Shown piece after piece: positions 63,192 to 64,000 of a DNA stretch of 64,000 nucleotides. The DNA comes from an uncultured Planctomycetota bacterium. GTDB taxonomy: Bacteria; Planctomycetota; Planctomycetia; Gemmatales; Gemmataceae. Below the pieces are notes generated by a model that worked only from the letters and a program-made list of their open reading frames with translations, made no database searches and was not told where the DNA came from. Each line of letters begins with the position of its first letter. Positions within the stretch are counted from its first letter, which is position 1. The stretch lies in the NCBI GenBank assembly GCA_963849325.1, contig CAWKHF010000013.1, positions 17,325 to 81,324 on the forward strand, read 5' to 3'. The position numbers and the translations under genes are program-made.

Positions 63192-63304
63192 TTAACGTAA
63201 GGTCAAGTCCGACACCGAGTTGCAACCTTCCGACGGTCGGAAGTGCGGTACTGAAAGCCTTGAATAATTCGGAAGTCTTCCGAATTACGAAAGGGAAGTG
63301 CCGC

Positions 63305-63358
63305 ATGGCCCGCCGTCGGAAGGGGGAACTCCCCCGCTATCGTCTCCACAAACAGTCT
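63305..63358 (+). pseudogene. N-terminus of a planctomycete-type integrase, interrupted by an IS
   Basis: MARRRKGELPRYRLHKQS resembles the PxYRLHKxSGQ start of planctomycete tyrosine recombinases; directly after a tRNA; ends at CAGTAG. Confidence 0.6.
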
Positions 63359-64000
63359 CAGTAGTTTCCGGTGAGTGTGAATCATGATACCATTCCCCAA
63401 CTCATTCATACATCCGATGTTCCGTGGCGATTTCATCGTGGATACCCAAGCGTGCTTCGGCCCAGTGTTGCAACCACACCAGCATCTTGCGAAAGCTCAA
63501 ACGCCCCAGATTGATCCGCCGACCGCCACGCTGACGACGCGCCAACACCTGCCCATGCAACCACACCCAGACGTTGCGCAAGAGCAACGCCACCCCCACG
63601 TACAACAAACGCAGCAGCGGATCGCGCGTGCAGGTCCGAATCCGCGCTTGGTGCATCTGACGGTAGCTCGTCTCGATGGCGAACCGACTCCGATACGTCT
63701 CCTTCACCCACGTGTACGACGACGGACGCAACGGCCCGCCGAAGGCATACACCAACGCCTCACGGCCATGCCGCCCCCGCTCGCCGCGACGGTTGCGACA
63801 CTTGATACACACCCGGAACCGCGCCCGGCGTTTGGCGGCGTTGGTCATCGTGTACTCGGCCCAGCCGCTACGCTTGCGGCCGGCGAAAACCCGGCTGCCC
63901 GACGGTCCCTTGGGGTGGTCGGCCTTGCGCCCGCGCAGCACCAACGGCATCAACCAGGCGTAGCGGGCATTCTGCAGGTAGCGGATGACGTCCACGCTGC
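63359..64000 (-). mobile_element. ISH3/IS4-like insertion sequence; transposase 63402..>64000, partial
   Basis: YRSRFAIETSYR (Y-2-R-3-E DDE motif), LLRNVWV; putative terminus CAGTAG at 63359. Confidence 0.8.

Overview
GC-rich bacterial chromosome segment, most likely a planctomycete (Gemmataceae-like). This is inferred from PVC-type heme proteins, a DUF1592/DUF1552 pair, a PVM microcompartment locus and an LExLEDR-type secretion leader. Many GC-rich genes carry single-base frameshifts that look like long-read assembly errors, so several CDS calls join overlapping ORFs. Main content: penicillin acylase, PPi-type pfk, a pentaheme/PA14 cytochrome with a beta-propeller partner, an accessory block (secreted beta-helix protein, GT-GT-methyltransferase fusion, sqdB), a full PVM-type bacterial microcompartment operon, an ALDH/aminotransferase pair, yhaM followed by a low-GC island containing an IS3, holB-tmk-lipA, gluQ, and tRNA-Val followed by an integrase start cut by an ISH3-like IS. 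Most interesting: (1) a thioredoxin-NHL protein with an in-frame TGA at the redox cysteine and a SECIS-like hairpin, a probable selenoprotein missed by the ORF track; (2) an uncharacterised papain-like Cys/His domain and a helical partner, present both as a two-gene pair and as a fused gene about 1.5 kb away; (3) several palindromic mini-elements built from tandem repeats, including plant-telomere-like TTTAGGG arrays, that repeatedly overlap stop codons. All family assignments come from motif recognition by eye; no searches were run.
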